From NCBI GenBank assembly GCA_963828965.1, contig CAWHGL010000002.1:386714-450713 (forward strand): a stretch of DNA of 64,000 nucleotides. The letters are read 5' to 3'. The DNA is from an uncultured Chloroflexia bacterium. Its GTDB lineage: Bacteria > Chloroflexota > Limnocylindria > Limnocylindrales > CSP1-4. Every line of letters starts with the position of its first letter. Position 1 is the first letter of the stretch. The notes below the pieces were generated by a model. It did not search any database and was not told the origin of the DNA. It saw only the letters and a program-made list of their open reading frames with translations. The translations under genes were made by a program, and so were the position numbers. Positions 39,042 through 49,936 of the stretch are shown in pieces.

Positions 39042-41041
39042 GCGGCGTGGACGACGAGGTCGCCGCGGCGCGGGCAGGGGCCGGCGGTCTGACCATCGAG
39101 TCGATCGTCGCGGTCGACGCGCCGCGCGAATTCCGGGTCCACCCGCGTGACCGCGTGATCGCGTACACGGCCGAGTCGGGCGGTGCCCGTCAGCTGTTCA
39201 CGCTCGCGCTCCGTGCCGGTGGTTCCACGCCGACGCAGGTGACCGCCTCGGAGCTGCCGGTCAGCGACCCGCAGTGGTCGCCCGACGGACGGCGGCTGGC
39301 CTTCGTCCGCGACGACGAGATCTGGGTCGTCGAGGCCGACGGCTCGCGGCTCGCCCGGGTCGTCGCCAAGCCCGGTGGCGGCCAGGCTCCGCGCTGGTCG
39401 CCGGATGGTCGCCGACTCGGGTTTCTGTCGCGTCGACGTGGCTGGGCGCAGGTCTGGGTCGTCGACGCCCCGGTGCCCCGGCGCGGCCGGCCGCAGCGAG
39501 ACCCGCGCCCGCCCGAGCCACGCGCCGTGACCGCCTCCGGCATCGACGTCGAGGCCTTTGCCTGGTCGCCGGACGGTGCCCGGCTCGCGATCGATGCGCA
39601 GCAGGCGCCCGAGCGGCTCGACACCGTGCAGATCGCCGTGGTGGACGTGGCCACTGGCGACGCCGAGATCGTCGCGGGCGCGGACAGCCACGACACGGGC
39701 GCCACGTGGCTGCCCGACGGGTCGCTGCTGTATGTCTCCGATGCCAGCGGTTGGTTCCAGGTCGTCCGCCGGACCCCGGGTGGCCGCGACCGGATCGTCC
39801 TGACCGACGGCGAGCGCGAACACGGCGACCCATCCGGCGGCGTCGGGTATGTCCCGTTGGCCTCTCCCGACGGCAGCCGCGTCGTGCACATCGAGGTCCA
39901 CGACGGCCTGATCGACCTCGTCGTTCGCGAGGTGGCTGCGGCCGCCGCGCCGAAGCGTGGGCGCGGCCGGCCTCCGAAGACGCCACGGACCGTGACCGCC
40001 GCCGGCGGGACGGCCCAGGTCATCTCCCCCTGGGACGGGGTCTGGCGATCGGTCGGCTGGCTGCCCGACGGCGCCTGGATCGCCGCCATCGGTGAGAGCG
40101 AGACGCGTCCACAGGATCTCTGGCTGCTGCCCGTCCCGGGTGTCGCGCCGGACGGGTCGCGGCCGCGTCAGGTCACCGACTCGCGACCGGCGGTGCTCGG
40201 TGCGGCTCTCGCCCCCGGCCGGGTCGCAGCCGGCGAGCGTGTCGCCTTCACCGCCCGTGACGGGCTCCGGATCGAGGGCACCCTGTGGCGTCCCGCCGAG
40301 GCCACCGGCAAGCGCGGCGGCCGGCGAGTCCCGACCATCATCTATCCGCACGGCGGCCCGACCTGGCAGGCGTATCGGGCGTTCTCGCCGTTCCGCTTGC
40401 TGCTCGCGCGCGAGGGCTACGCCTTCCTCGACGTCGACTTCCGGGGCTCCACCGGTTACGGACGGGCATTCCGTCAGGCCAATCACGACGAGTGGGGTCA
40501 CGCCGACGTCCAGGACCTGGTCGACGCCGGCGAATGGGTGCGCAGCCAGAGCTGGTCGGACGGCCGCCTCGGGATCTACGGCGGCTCGTACGGCGGCTAC
40601 ATGGTCCTGTGCGCGCTCGTCGAGGCACCGGCGATGTGGTCGGTCGGGGTCGACATGTATGGCGACTCGGAGATCGCCGAAAGCTTCCGCCACGGCGACC
40701 GGCCGGGCCGCCTCGACCTCCAGAAGATGATGGGCACCCCCGACGATCCGACGCGGAGCGCCGCATTCCGCCGCGGCTCGCCGATCTACCGGGCTGAGCG
40801 GATCGAGGCGCCGCTGCTCATCCTCCACGGCCGCAAGGACAAGCGGGTCGTCCCGCTGATGACGGAGAAGATGGTCGAGGCGCTCGAGATCGAGAGCAAG
40901 ACCTACGAGGTCCACTGGTACGACGACGAGGGCCACGGCTGGGAGCGCCGCGAGAACCGGCGGGATGCGTTCGAGCGGATCCTTCGATTCCTGCGGACCC
41001 ACCTGCCGCCCCTCGGGCCGGGCACCGCCGGCGGCGGCTGA
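39038..41041 (+). CDS. S9-family serine peptidase (prolyl oligopeptidase / acylaminoacyl-peptidase type) with an N-terminal beta-propeller
   Basis: PD40-like repeats (QWSPDGRRLAF, RWSPDGRRLGF, AWSPDGARLA). Catalytic GIYGGSYGGYM, plus D and H (DDEGHGW). The ATG overlaps the upstream stop (ATGA). Confidence 0.9.
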   Translation: MSGVDDEVAAARAGAGGLTIESIVAVDAPREFRVHPRDRVIAYTAESGGARQLFTLALRAGGSTPTQVTASELPVSDPQWSPDGRRLAFVRDDEIWVVEADGSRLARVVAKPGGGQAPRWSPDGRRLGFLSRRRGWAQVWVVDAPVPRRGRPQRDPRPPEPRAVTASGIDVEAFAWSPDGARLAIDAQQAPERLDTVQIAVVDVATGDAEIVAGADSHDTGATWLPDGSLLYVSDASGWFQVVRRTPGGRDRIVLTDGEREHGDPSGGVGYVPLASPDGSRVVHIEVHDGLIDLVVREVAAAAAPKRGRGRPPKTPRTVTAAGGTAQVISPWDGVWRSVGWLPDGAWIAAIGESETRPQDLWLLPVPGVAPDGSRPRQVTDSRPAVLGAALAPGRVAAGERVAFTARDGLRIEGTLWRPAEATGKRGGRRVPTIIYPHGGPTWQAYRAFSPFRLLLAREGYAFLDVDFRGSTGYGRAFRQANHDEWGHADVQDLVDAGEWVRSQSWSDGRLGIYGGSYGGYMVLCALVEAPAMWSVGVDMYGDSEIAESFRHGDRPGRLDLQKMMGTPDDPTRSAAFRRGSPIYRAERIEAPLLILHGRKDKRVVPLMTEKMVEALEIESKTYEVHWYDDEGHGWERRENRRDAFERILRFLRTHLPPLGPGTAGGG

Positions 41042-41088
41042 CCCGCGGCACTTGAGGGCGCCGATGACCGGCGCCGCGCGACAACGGC

Positions 41089-41574
41089 TCAGGCCCTGGG
41101 CGCGTCCATCGGGATGATGCTGATGGAGCCGTCCGTCTCGAGGACCGCCAGGCGGACGTCCTCGATGCGCGCCAGGCCGTTATGGCGGACCGCCGTGCGA
41201 ACCTCTTCGATGTCCACGTCCTCGTCCTTGAGCGCGCGCTCGAGCACGCGGCCGTCGCGCACGAGCAGGCGCGGCTCGCCTTCGATGGCCCGGCGGAACC
41301 TCCGTGATCGACCCGTCAGCGCCTTGAGCGCGAGGTCGAGGCCGAGCAGGGTCGCCACCGCGACCAGGCCGCCCCAGATCGTGATGTTCTCGCCGACCAT
41401 CGAGTTCTGCACCGCGTCGCTGACGACCAGGACGACCACGAGCTCGAGGACCGACATCTGCCCGACCTCGCGCTTGCCGGTGATGCGGAACACGGCCAGC
41501 AGGAAGAGGTAGACGATGGCGGTCCGGATGACCACCTCGGGCAGGCTGGAGCCGATCTCGGGCAGCGACGGCAT
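41089..41574 (-). CDS. DUF421 (YetF-like) membrane protein
   Basis: TAIVYLFLLAVFRITGKREVGQMSVLELVVVLVVSDAVQ and a C-terminal soluble domain. Family recalled from memory. Confidence 0.7.
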   Translation of the reverse strand: MPSLPEIGSSLPEVVIRTAIVYLFLLAVFRITGKREVGQMSVLELVVVLVVSDAVQNSMVGENITIWGGLVAVATLLGLDLALKALTGRSRRFRRAIEGEPRLLVRDGRVLERALKDEDVDIEEVRTAVRHNGLARIEDVRLAVLETDGSISIIPMDAPRA

Positions 41575-41742
41575 GGCGGTGCGAGCGTAGCCGATGCCGG
41601 CCCTCGCCTCGTCGCGATCAGGAGTCGCGCACGGCGGTTGGAATCACGAACGCGGCCGTCCTGGTGGACGACCGCGGTCGTTGATCGATCTATCCGTTGA
41701 TCGGCGGCGTAGCGCCGATGCAGCGGTCGGTCGCCCGGGAGG

Positions 41743-41844
41743 TTACGGCCCCCAGCGGCGGCCGGCCATCAGCACGAGGCTGGAGCTGGCGAGCGCCGAC
41801 AGGAGCATCACGACCCGGAAGGCCTGCGACTTGAGCACCTGCAT
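41743..41844 (-). CDS. small hydrophobic peptide, 33 aa (MQVLKSQAFRVVMLLSALASSSLVLMAGRRWGP)
   Basis: This is the last 34 codons of ORF 41743-42024. The ATG at 41844 has GAGAGGGAA upstream. Every codon ends in G/C, whereas the upstream part of the ORF does not look coding. Its C-terminus GRRWGP matches that of the peptide at 29785-29880. Confidence 0.5.
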   Translation of the reverse strand: MQVLKSQAFRVVMLLSALASSSLVLMAGRRWGP

Positions 41845-42058
41845 CGCGTTCCCTCTCGGTTGAGTAGATGGGTGTGGGTTTCCCCCCACGAGCAACCTAC
41901 CGACCGTTCGGTGCAACGGGCATGGCCCATCCGTACTGGTCGTCTCATCCCTCCGGGGGAGGTTCCGCCGCGCACCACCCCGGACCGGTTCGATGCGGAC
42001 GTGGGCGCTGGCACCGGCCCGCACCGCTCACCTCCGCGAACTCGCTGCGCTTCGTTCG

Positions 42059-42685
42059 CTAACGGTTCGCTCCGCGGACGCGCGCCGGCGCTGCCCGACC
42101 CTCAGCCGCCCACTCTCCCCGGAGGGACCGGTTCAGGAGGTCGGGTCGGTCGTGGGCTGCTGTCTTGGCGCCGCGCATCCCTAGCGCGATCACGACCGCG
42201 ACCCCCACGCCGATCAGCACGTCGCCAAGGCTGAACACGTTCGCGGCCGGCATCCAGACCGGCAGCGCGAAGATGTCCGTCAGCGGCCGAAGGGCCGGAT
42301 CGGCCATGACGACGCTGTTGGAGAAGCCCTCGGCGGCGTCCATCCCGAGGGCGGCGACCGCGTCCGGGGCGGCCGGCATGATCCCGCCGTTGGCCGCGAT
42401 GGCCAGCAGATTGCAGGCGGCCCCGATGGCCACGATGGCGAGGCCCGGGATGCGCCAGTTGCGCACGACCGCCACGAACACGGCCAGGGTCGAGGCGACA
42501 TACAGGGCCGGCCCGGCTTCGCCCACGACCCCGGCGACAGCCGGTGAGAACAGGACGATCTGGGCGACGAGCCCAGCGATCGCGAGCCACGCCCAATGGA
42601 ACCGCAGGTCACCGAGCCGCTCGATCCGGCCCCCCAGGAGGAGTCCGGCGATCAGGCCGATCGGGATGGCGTACAGGATGAACAC
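42059..42685 (-). CDS. DUF5317-family membrane protein
   Basis: LLAIAANGGIMP and ANVFSLGDVLIGVGV are characteristic of this family as I recall it. The C-terminal 40 aa are a low-confidence extension. Confidence 0.65.
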   Translation of the reverse strand: MFILYAIPIGLIAGLLLGGRIERLGDLRFHWAWLAIAGLVAQIVLFSPAVAGVVGEAGPALYVASTLAVFVAVVRNWRIPGLAIVAIGAACNLLAIAANGGIMPAAPDAVAALGMDAAEGFSNSVVMADPALRPLTDIFALPVWMPAANVFSLGDVLIGVGVAVVIALGMRGAKTAAHDRPDLLNRSLRGEWAAEGRAAPARVRGANR

Positions 42686-42712
42686 GGGCGGACCGGCCGG
42701 CGGTCGAGCGGC

Positions 42713-43213
42713 CTAGCGGCCCGCTTCGACGAGGGTGCGCTCCAGCTGCGTCGCATGGTCCTCGGCATGCCCGATGACGAAGCGGTCCGGCATCGCGGCC
42801 ACGGTCATCTCCCCACTCCGTGGATGCAGGCCGACCTTTGCCAGATCCGCGGCGCCGAGGCCGGGGAGGCGAGCGGCCCAGGCGGCGAGACCGGCGTCCA
42901 CGAGCGCGAACAGCTCGGCGGCGGGCAGGCGGCGCCCCTGCTCGATCGACCCGAGTCGGGTCGCGTCCTCGCCGAGCCGCCCGAACGGTACCGGCGCGCT
43001 GCCATCGCCGGTCACGACCCGCTCCAGCTCGCCGAGCCAGAACGGGAGCATCTCGGCCAGGTGGGCGAGCACTTCAGGCGGGCCCCAGGTCGCCTCCGGT
43101 CCGGTGCCGAAGTCGTCCGCGAGGGGCCACGGCTCGCCGCCGGTCACGCGTGGCGCGAGCGCGGCGTAGGTCGTGCGCAGGCGCGCGATCCGGTCGAGGT
43201 CGGTCGTCGTCAT
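42713..43213 (-). CDS. DinB-family protein
   Basis: VLAHLAEMLPFW...IGHAEDHATQLERTL, a four-helix-bundle His pattern. ATG at 43213. Confidence 0.65.
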   Translation of the reverse strand: MTTTDLDRIARLRTTYAALAPRVTGGEPWPLADDFGTGPEATWGPPEVLAHLAEMLPFWLGELERVVTGDGSAPVPFGRLGEDATRLGSIEQGRRLPAAELFALVDAGLAAWAARLPGLGAADLAKVGLHPRSGEMTVAAMPDRFVIGHAEDHATQLERTLVEAGR

Positions 43214-43255
43214 GGTCGCCAGTGTGGCACGCGGGGCGTAGCATGGCGCCACTGA

Positions 43256-44521
<1,266 letters not shown>

Positions 44522-44560
44522 GCGAGGCTCCCGCGCCGTGCTGTCACGGTTCGATCTCGA

Positions 44561-45493
44561 TCAGGGCGTCAGGTCGAACTGGAAGCTCTCCACGATCGGC
44601 ATCGCCTCGGCGAGGAAGGCCTCGTGACCGGCCGAGTGCAACGAGCCGAGGAAGATCACGATGACACCGCGATCGGGGGTGTCGAGCAGGATCACTCGAG
44701 CCCGTCCGTCCTTGAGGTCGAACCCCGGCGGGTCGCCAGGACAGCTCTCCGTCCACCCGGGATCGAGCTGGACATCGATCTGCTTGCCGGTCAGGCCACC
44801 GATCGTCACGTCGACCGGCTCGGATGTGGCAAGGGCGTCGTTGGCCACCACGTCGGCGACGATCTCGGCCGCCGTCGTGCCCAGATTGTCCTCCCACGCG
44901 TCGCACGTGAAGTACGGGTCGTTTTGCGGCCCCATGTGGATCGATCGGGCGATGTCCCCGGAGGCAGCGAACTCGGCCTGGTTCGCGGGCGTGTCCGGGA
45001 ATAGCGCGTAGAAGCCGACCTCATCCCCGCTGTTGACCCAACCCTCCGGAACCGTGAACGTGAAGCGGGGCACGAACGACTTGGTCGTCTGGCTGCCTGC
45101 CGCCAGGATGCCGGCGCCGGTACTCTCGCCCGTGTACCACGGCGGGAACACGGCGTTCGCCGATGGGGCCGTGGACGGCGACGATGACGCGGTCGGCGAT
45201 GGCGCAGCCGACGCGGGCGGCGATGGCGACGCGGTCGAGCCGCCGACGCCCGTCGAGGGCCCCGGCATGAGGTTCCAGGCCGCGACGGCGAGGATGAGGA
45301 CGGCCGCGACGGCCGCCCCGATCTTGATGGGCAGGTTCATGATTCGATGCCTCCAGGGGAGGCGCCACGCGCGACGTTGTCGTTGGCGGTCGATGCGGTC
45401 GGCGACCACGGTCACCACGCGATCGGGCATCCGGGTCGGACCGTCGTCGAACCAGCGCTCGAGGACGCGCTCGATGTCGGTCTGCTCGTTCAT
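44561..45493 (-). CDS. ECF-sigma-associated single-pass membrane protein (putative anti-sigma), intact
   Basis: The ATG overlaps the sigma stop (ATGA). N-terminus MNEQTDIERVLERWFDDGPTRMPDRVVTVVADRIDRQRQRRAWRLPWR, then a TM helix, a Ser/Pro linker and an extracytoplasmic domain of about 210 aa. Confidence 0.8.
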   Translation of the reverse strand: MNEQTDIERVLERWFDDGPTRMPDRVVTVVADRIDRQRQRRAWRLPWRHRIMNLPIKIGAAVAAVLILAVAAWNLMPGPSTGVGGSTASPSPPASAAPSPTASSSPSTAPSANAVFPPWYTGESTGAGILAAGSQTTKSFVPRFTFTVPEGWVNSGDEVGFYALFPDTPANQAEFAASGDIARSIHMGPQNDPYFTCDAWEDNLGTTAAEIVADVVANDALATSEPVDVTIGGLTGKQIDVQLDPGWTESCPGDPPGFDLKDGRARVILLDTPDRGVIVIFLGSLHSAGHEAFLAEAMPIVESFQFDLTP

Positions 45494-46041
45494 GCCGAGG
45501 TCCCTCCGACCGTCGAGACGCGTGCTTCCGCGTCGAGCGCGGCGCGCATGGCGCGATGGGCGTGATGGAGACGCGAGCGGATGGTCCCGGGCGGGCTGCC
45601 GAGCAGCTCGGCGATCTCGCTCGGGGCGTAGCCCACGTAGTGATGGAGCACGAGGATGGCCCGCTCCTCCGGCGTCAGCCGACGGAAGCCACGGTCCAGC
45701 TGATCCCGGTCGACGACACCAAGGAGATCGTCCGGGGCCGGCGGACCGTCCACCGGGAGCACCCGGAGGTTGGCTGCGCGACGACGCTCGCGCGTCGCCT
45801 GGGCGATGCAGACATTGGTGAGGACGCGATGGACCCAGGCATCGAACCGGTCCGGATCGCGGAGGCTCGGCAGGTCCCGCCAGGCGATCACCAGCGTGTC
45901 CTGCAGCGCATCCTCGGCCCGGTCGACATCCCGGAGGATCCGTTGGGCGATCGCGAAGAGCTGGTCGCCACGCGACCGGACCAGGTCCATGAAGGCCGAC
46001 TGGTCGCCCGCTTGCGCCTGCTCGACGAGATCGCGATCCAC
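45490..46041 (-). CDS. ECF RNA polymerase sigma-70 factor
   Basis: FDAWVHRVLTNVCI (region 2) and EIAELLGSPPGTIRSRLHHA (region 4.2). GTG start. Confidence 0.9.
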   Translation of the reverse strand: MDRDLVEQAQAGDQSAFMDLVRSRGDQLFAIAQRILRDVDRAEDALQDTLVIAWRDLPSLRDPDRFDAWVHRVLTNVCIAQATRERRRAANLRVLPVDGPPAPDDLLGVVDRDQLDRGFRRLTPEERAILVLHHYVGYAPSEIAELLGSPPGTIRSRLHHAHRAMRAALDAEARVSTVGGTSA

Positions 46042-46094
46042 CGCTTGCCTCGCTCGAGGTGACGTCCATCGGGGACGTCGTCCGCACGTATTGG

Positions 46095-46125
46095 TAGATG
46101 GTGCGCGCCGAGCGTTGGAACTTCA
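46095..46125 (-). promoter_or_regulatory. putative ECF-type promoter (TGAAGTTCC ... CATCTA), weaker match
   Basis: Same -35/-10 spacing (24 nt) as the other sigma upstream regions, but the -35 lacks one base and the -10 is CATCT. Confidence 0.4.
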
Positions 46126-46404
46126 CGGATGTGGGTGCGGCTCATCGTCGGCCGACGAGGCCGGCAGGCCTCAGCTGCCGCAGGCGGCCACGGGACCAAA
46201 GGGCAGCAAGGTCGCCTTGCGGGCGCTGATCCGATCGATCAGGGCCGCGCCGTCACGTCGAACGTTCGCTCCTCCGGTTCGGGGCGGCCGTGCGACGTCC
46301 CAGGCGAGACGGCGGGCGTTGCGCCCCGCCCTAGACTGGCGTCCTGTCGGCGGTCAACGCCGACGACAGGCGGACCCGGGGCGCGAGGCGGAGCGAGGAC
46401 AAGG

Positions 46405-48722
46405 GTGCGGCGGACCGAGACCGTCCGAAGGATCGCGACATGGGGGGTCCTGGCGGCAGCGCTCGCCGGGGCCATCCTCTTCGTGGTGCTCCGCGCGACG
46501 ACACCGTCCGATGGCGCGCGGGTCGCGTTCTATGGCAATGGCTGGTCGGACCTCGGGGTCACGATCGACCCGATCGACGCGCCCGCTGCAGGACTCCAGG
46601 CCGGCGACCTCGTCACGGCGGTCGCGGGGCGATCGGTGGATGCCTGGCTTGGCGCAACGCTGGACGGCTCGGTGCCACGCCCCGTCGGCGGCGAACCCAT
46701 CGCCTACGACCTTGTCCGGGCCGGCGCCCCGGTCCGGGCGACGGTCACCTGGACGCCACCGGCGATCGGTGCGACCCTGCTGGCCGGCTGGAGCGTGCTG
46801 CTCTTCTCCGTGGCGGTGGCGGCCGTCGCGGCCTTCGTCTTCGCCCGGCGACCTGATGAACCCGCTGCGCTCGCCCTCGTGCTCGCGGCCTGCGGCGCCG
46901 CCGGCAGCAGCGTCCCGTGGTTCCTCGGCACGACCGTCAGCGACATCGTCGACGCCGGTCCGTTCCTATTCCACACCTTGCTGACCGGGCCGGTCTACAT
47001 GCTCCTGTGGCCGGCGGGGGTGCATCTCGCGCTCACGTTCCCACGGCCGGCCCCGGCCGTGACCCGCCACCCGTGGCTCATCCCCGCCATCTACGCGGCC
47101 TGCCTGGGCGGGTACGGTCTTGCGCTGGCCGTCGGCCGGGCGACCACCACGACGGCCCTCGCGTGGGTCGGGACGTGGCCGATCGCGCAGGTCGTGGTGG
47201 TCGTCCCGGCGCTGGCCGCGGGCCTCGTCATCGTCGTGCGAACGTACCGGCGAACGACGGATCCCGCGGGTCGGGCAAGCATCCGCTGGGCCACGCTGGG
47301 CGTGGTCGTCGCGGCCACGATCGGGCTGTTCGGCTACATGCTTCCCGAGCTGATCGTGCAGCGACCCCTCCTGCCCGAATCGTGGATCGGGTTGACGGCG
47401 CTGCCGATCCCGCTCGGCATCGCGGCCGGGATCCTGTTCGACCGTCTCTTCGACATCGATGTCGTCGTCCGCCGCACCGTCGTCTACGGTGGCCTGACCG
47501 TGGGCGTGGTCGCGTGCTACGTGGCGGTGGCCTCGGCCATCACGGCCGTGGTCGGCAGCGAGCATGGGTTCGGCGTGTCGCTCTTCGCCACGGGCGTGGC
47601 CGCCCTCGTGGCCCTGCCCCTGCGCGACGGCCTGCAGCGGGCGGCCAGTCGATACCTGTACGGCGAGCGGGACGAGCCGTGGCGCGCGATGCGCCGGCTC
47701 GGCCAGCGCCTCGAACTGGCGGCGGAACCGGAGCGGGTCTTCCCGACCATCGTCGACACGGTCGCCGACGCCCTTCGCCTGCCCTACGTCGGTCTGGCGC
47801 TGGTCGCGACCGACGGACGGCTCGATGTCGTCGCGGAGCACGGGCGTCGCCAGTCCGACCTCGTGATCGTGCCGATCGTCGACGGCGCGGCGCGGGTCGG
47901 CAGCCTCGACCTGGGCATCCGGGCGGGCGAGCGCGGCTTCCGTTCCGATGAGCTCGAGCTCGTCGACGACCTGGCTCGACAGGGCGCCGTCGCCATCCGG
48001 GCGGTCCGGCTTCGTGCCGATCTTGCGCGATCGCACGAGCGCCTGCTGCTCGCGCGCGAGGAGGAGCGCCGGCGGCTTCGCCACGATCTGCACGACGGGC
48101 TCGGGCCGTCGCTGGCGGCGATCGGTCTGCGCGCGGAGGCGTCGGCCGAACTGCTCTCGACGGACCCCGACGCCGCGCGCCATCTCCTCGACGAGCTGGG
48201 TGCCGACGTCCAGACCGCGCTCCTCGACGTCCGCCGCCTGGTCGATGGGTTGCGCCCGCCGGCCCTCGACGAGCTCGGGCTGATCGGCGCCATCGGTCAG
48301 CAGGCGACCCGGCTGGAGGGTCCGACGAGCGCCGGACCCGGCCCGACCATCACGGTCGTCGGCACGCCGGATCCGTTGCCCGACCTGCCGGCCGCGGTGG
48401 AGGTCGCCGCGTACCGGATCGCCATCGAGGCCGTCACCAACGCCGTCCGCCACGCCTCGGCGCGGACCTGCCGGGTCAGGGTCAGCGCGACCGATGAGCT
48501 TCGTGTCGAGGTCGTGGACGACGGTCGTGGCCTGGCCGCCGGGCAGACGCCCGGGACCGGGCTCGAGTCGATCGAGGCGCGCGTGACCGAGCTGGGCGGG
48601 TCGTTGCGGATCGACCGGCCACGGGGCGGCGGTACGCGACTCGTGGCCAGCCTGCCGATCGGCGGGGGACCGCCCCGGCTGGAGTCTCGATCGACGGGGC
48701 CCGGGAGGCGGCGGGCACATGA
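46405..48722 (+). CDS. NarL-partner (HisKA_3) sensor histidine kinase with an N-terminal PDZ-like domain and a polytopic membrane region
   Basis: GTG 46405 with a GAGGA SD. H-box LRHDLHDGLGPSLAAI, then an HATPase_c domain. As written, the frame runs on into the regulator gene. A frame slip in the G run near 48665 would end it at TGA 48720-48722, overlapping the regulator ATG. Confidence 0.8.
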
Positions 48723-49392
48723 CGGAGCTGCCCGCCCCGATCCGGCTCGTGATCGTGGACGACCACCCGTCGTTCCGCTCGGGACTGCGAGCGCTCCTCG
48801 CGACCGCCGCCGACATCGACGTGATCGGCGAGGCGGCCGGCGGCGACGAGGCGGTCATCTCGGTCGGGCGGCTGCAGCCCGACGTCGTCCTGATGGACGT
48901 GTCGATGCCCGGCGGCGACGGGATCGAGGCGACCGCACGCATCGTCGAGGCCTCGCCCCACATCGCGGTCGTCGTGCTGACCATGGACGGTGGCGACGGC
49001 TCGGTGGTCCGAGCGCTCCGCGCCGGCGCTCGAGGGCTACGTCCTCAAGGGCGCCCAACGCGCCGAACTGCTCCGCGCCATCCAGCGGTCGCGGCCGGCG
49101 ACGCGGTCCTCGGGCCCGGCGTCGCCCGCCGGTTGCCGGCCTACCTCTCGGCCGCCACGACGGAGGCGGCCGCCGCGTTCCCCGAGCTGACCGACCGGGA
49201 GCGGGAGATCCTGGGCCTGGTCGCGCGCGGGCGGTCGAACGCCGAGATCACGAGCCAACTGGTCCTGCGCGCAAGACCGTGCGCAACCACATCTCGAACA
49301 TCTTCGCGAAGCTCGGAGTCCGCGACCGCGCCGAGGCCATCGTCCGCGCCCGCGAGGCCGGTCTCGGGATGGAGGGCGGCCGGCCGTCCTGA
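48719..49392 (+). pseudogene. NarL/LuxR-family response regulator; three frame breaks (approx 49030, 49090, 49265)
   Basis: The receiver (IRLVIVDDHPSFRSGL...VVLMDVSMPGGDG) is in ORF 48719-. GYVLKGAQRAELLRAIQ is in ORF 48990-. The HTH tail KTVRNHISNIFAKLGVRDRAEAIV is in the frame of ORF 46129-49392. Confidence 0.85.
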
Positions 49393-49486
49393 CCCACTTC
49401 GAGGCCGGACCCCGTCGCGGGTCGGGACACGGATCGGGACCGCGGTCCCATGACGGCGGGACGGCTTCGCTCGCACCCTGCGAGGC

Positions 49487-49936
49487 ATGATCAGATCGTT
49501 CGCTCGCCGAGCCCTTCCGTTCGCCGCCGCTGCGTTCGTCGCCTGCGCCGTCATCCAGGTCTTCCTCGCCGGTCTCGGCGTCTTCGATGACCCCAAGTCG
49601 TTCATCACCCACCGTGAATTCGGCTACACCTTCGGGTGGCTGACGCTGGCGATCCTGGTGCTGGCGCTCGTCGGCCGGTCGTCGCGGCGGATCGATCGGC
49701 CTGGCGGTCCTGCTGCTCGTCCTCTTCTCGTTGCAGTCCGTGTTCGTGGCCCTCCGGACGGACCTGCCCGCGATCGCCGCGCTGCACCCGTTGAATGGGT
49801 TCCTGATCCTTGGTGTCGCGATCGTGACGACCCGCGAATCTGGGCGGCGCGACGCGTCCCCGCCACGGCAGGCGCGGCCGCGGGAGACACCGCCGGCACC
49901 GAGGCCGGGCCCGCACCGATGGGCGAACCTGGCTGA
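49487..49936 (+). pseudogene. small 4-TM membrane protein (DUF6220-like); two frame breaks (approx 49690, 49843)
   Basis: VIQVFLAGLGVF...HREFGY is in ORF 49487-. IGLAVLLLVLFSLQSVF...ALHPLNGFLILG is in ORF 49731-. The tail returns to the first frame, whose TGA overlaps the next ATG. Confidence 0.6.

Noticed and set aside
39948-39985. AT-hook-like KRGRGRPPKTPR inside the S9 peptidase.
   Set aside because: It is a single occurrence in a predicted surface linker of a beta-propeller, with no DNA-binding context. It is probably a low-complexity insertion.
41845-42058. Possible cyclic-di-AMP (ydaO-type) riboswitch, because of CCGAAC...GGTAGGTTGCTCG and GGGGGGAAACCCAC segments.
   Set aside because: The order and spacing of the segments do not match my recollection of the ydaO consensus, so I cannot support the call without a covariance-model search. 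I kept the region only as an unexplained structured leader.
46255-46270. An extra copy of the palindromic GAACGTTC -35 core, in the sigma/kinase intergenic region.
   Set aside because: No CATAG-like element lies 24-25 nt away on either strand.
46129-49392. 1087-aa hybrid kinase-regulator ORF, including about 90 N-terminal codons before GTG 46405.
   Set aside because: The N-terminal part is non-coding-like, and the C-terminal fusion depends on frame errors. It is better explained as two genes with the usual ATGA overlap.
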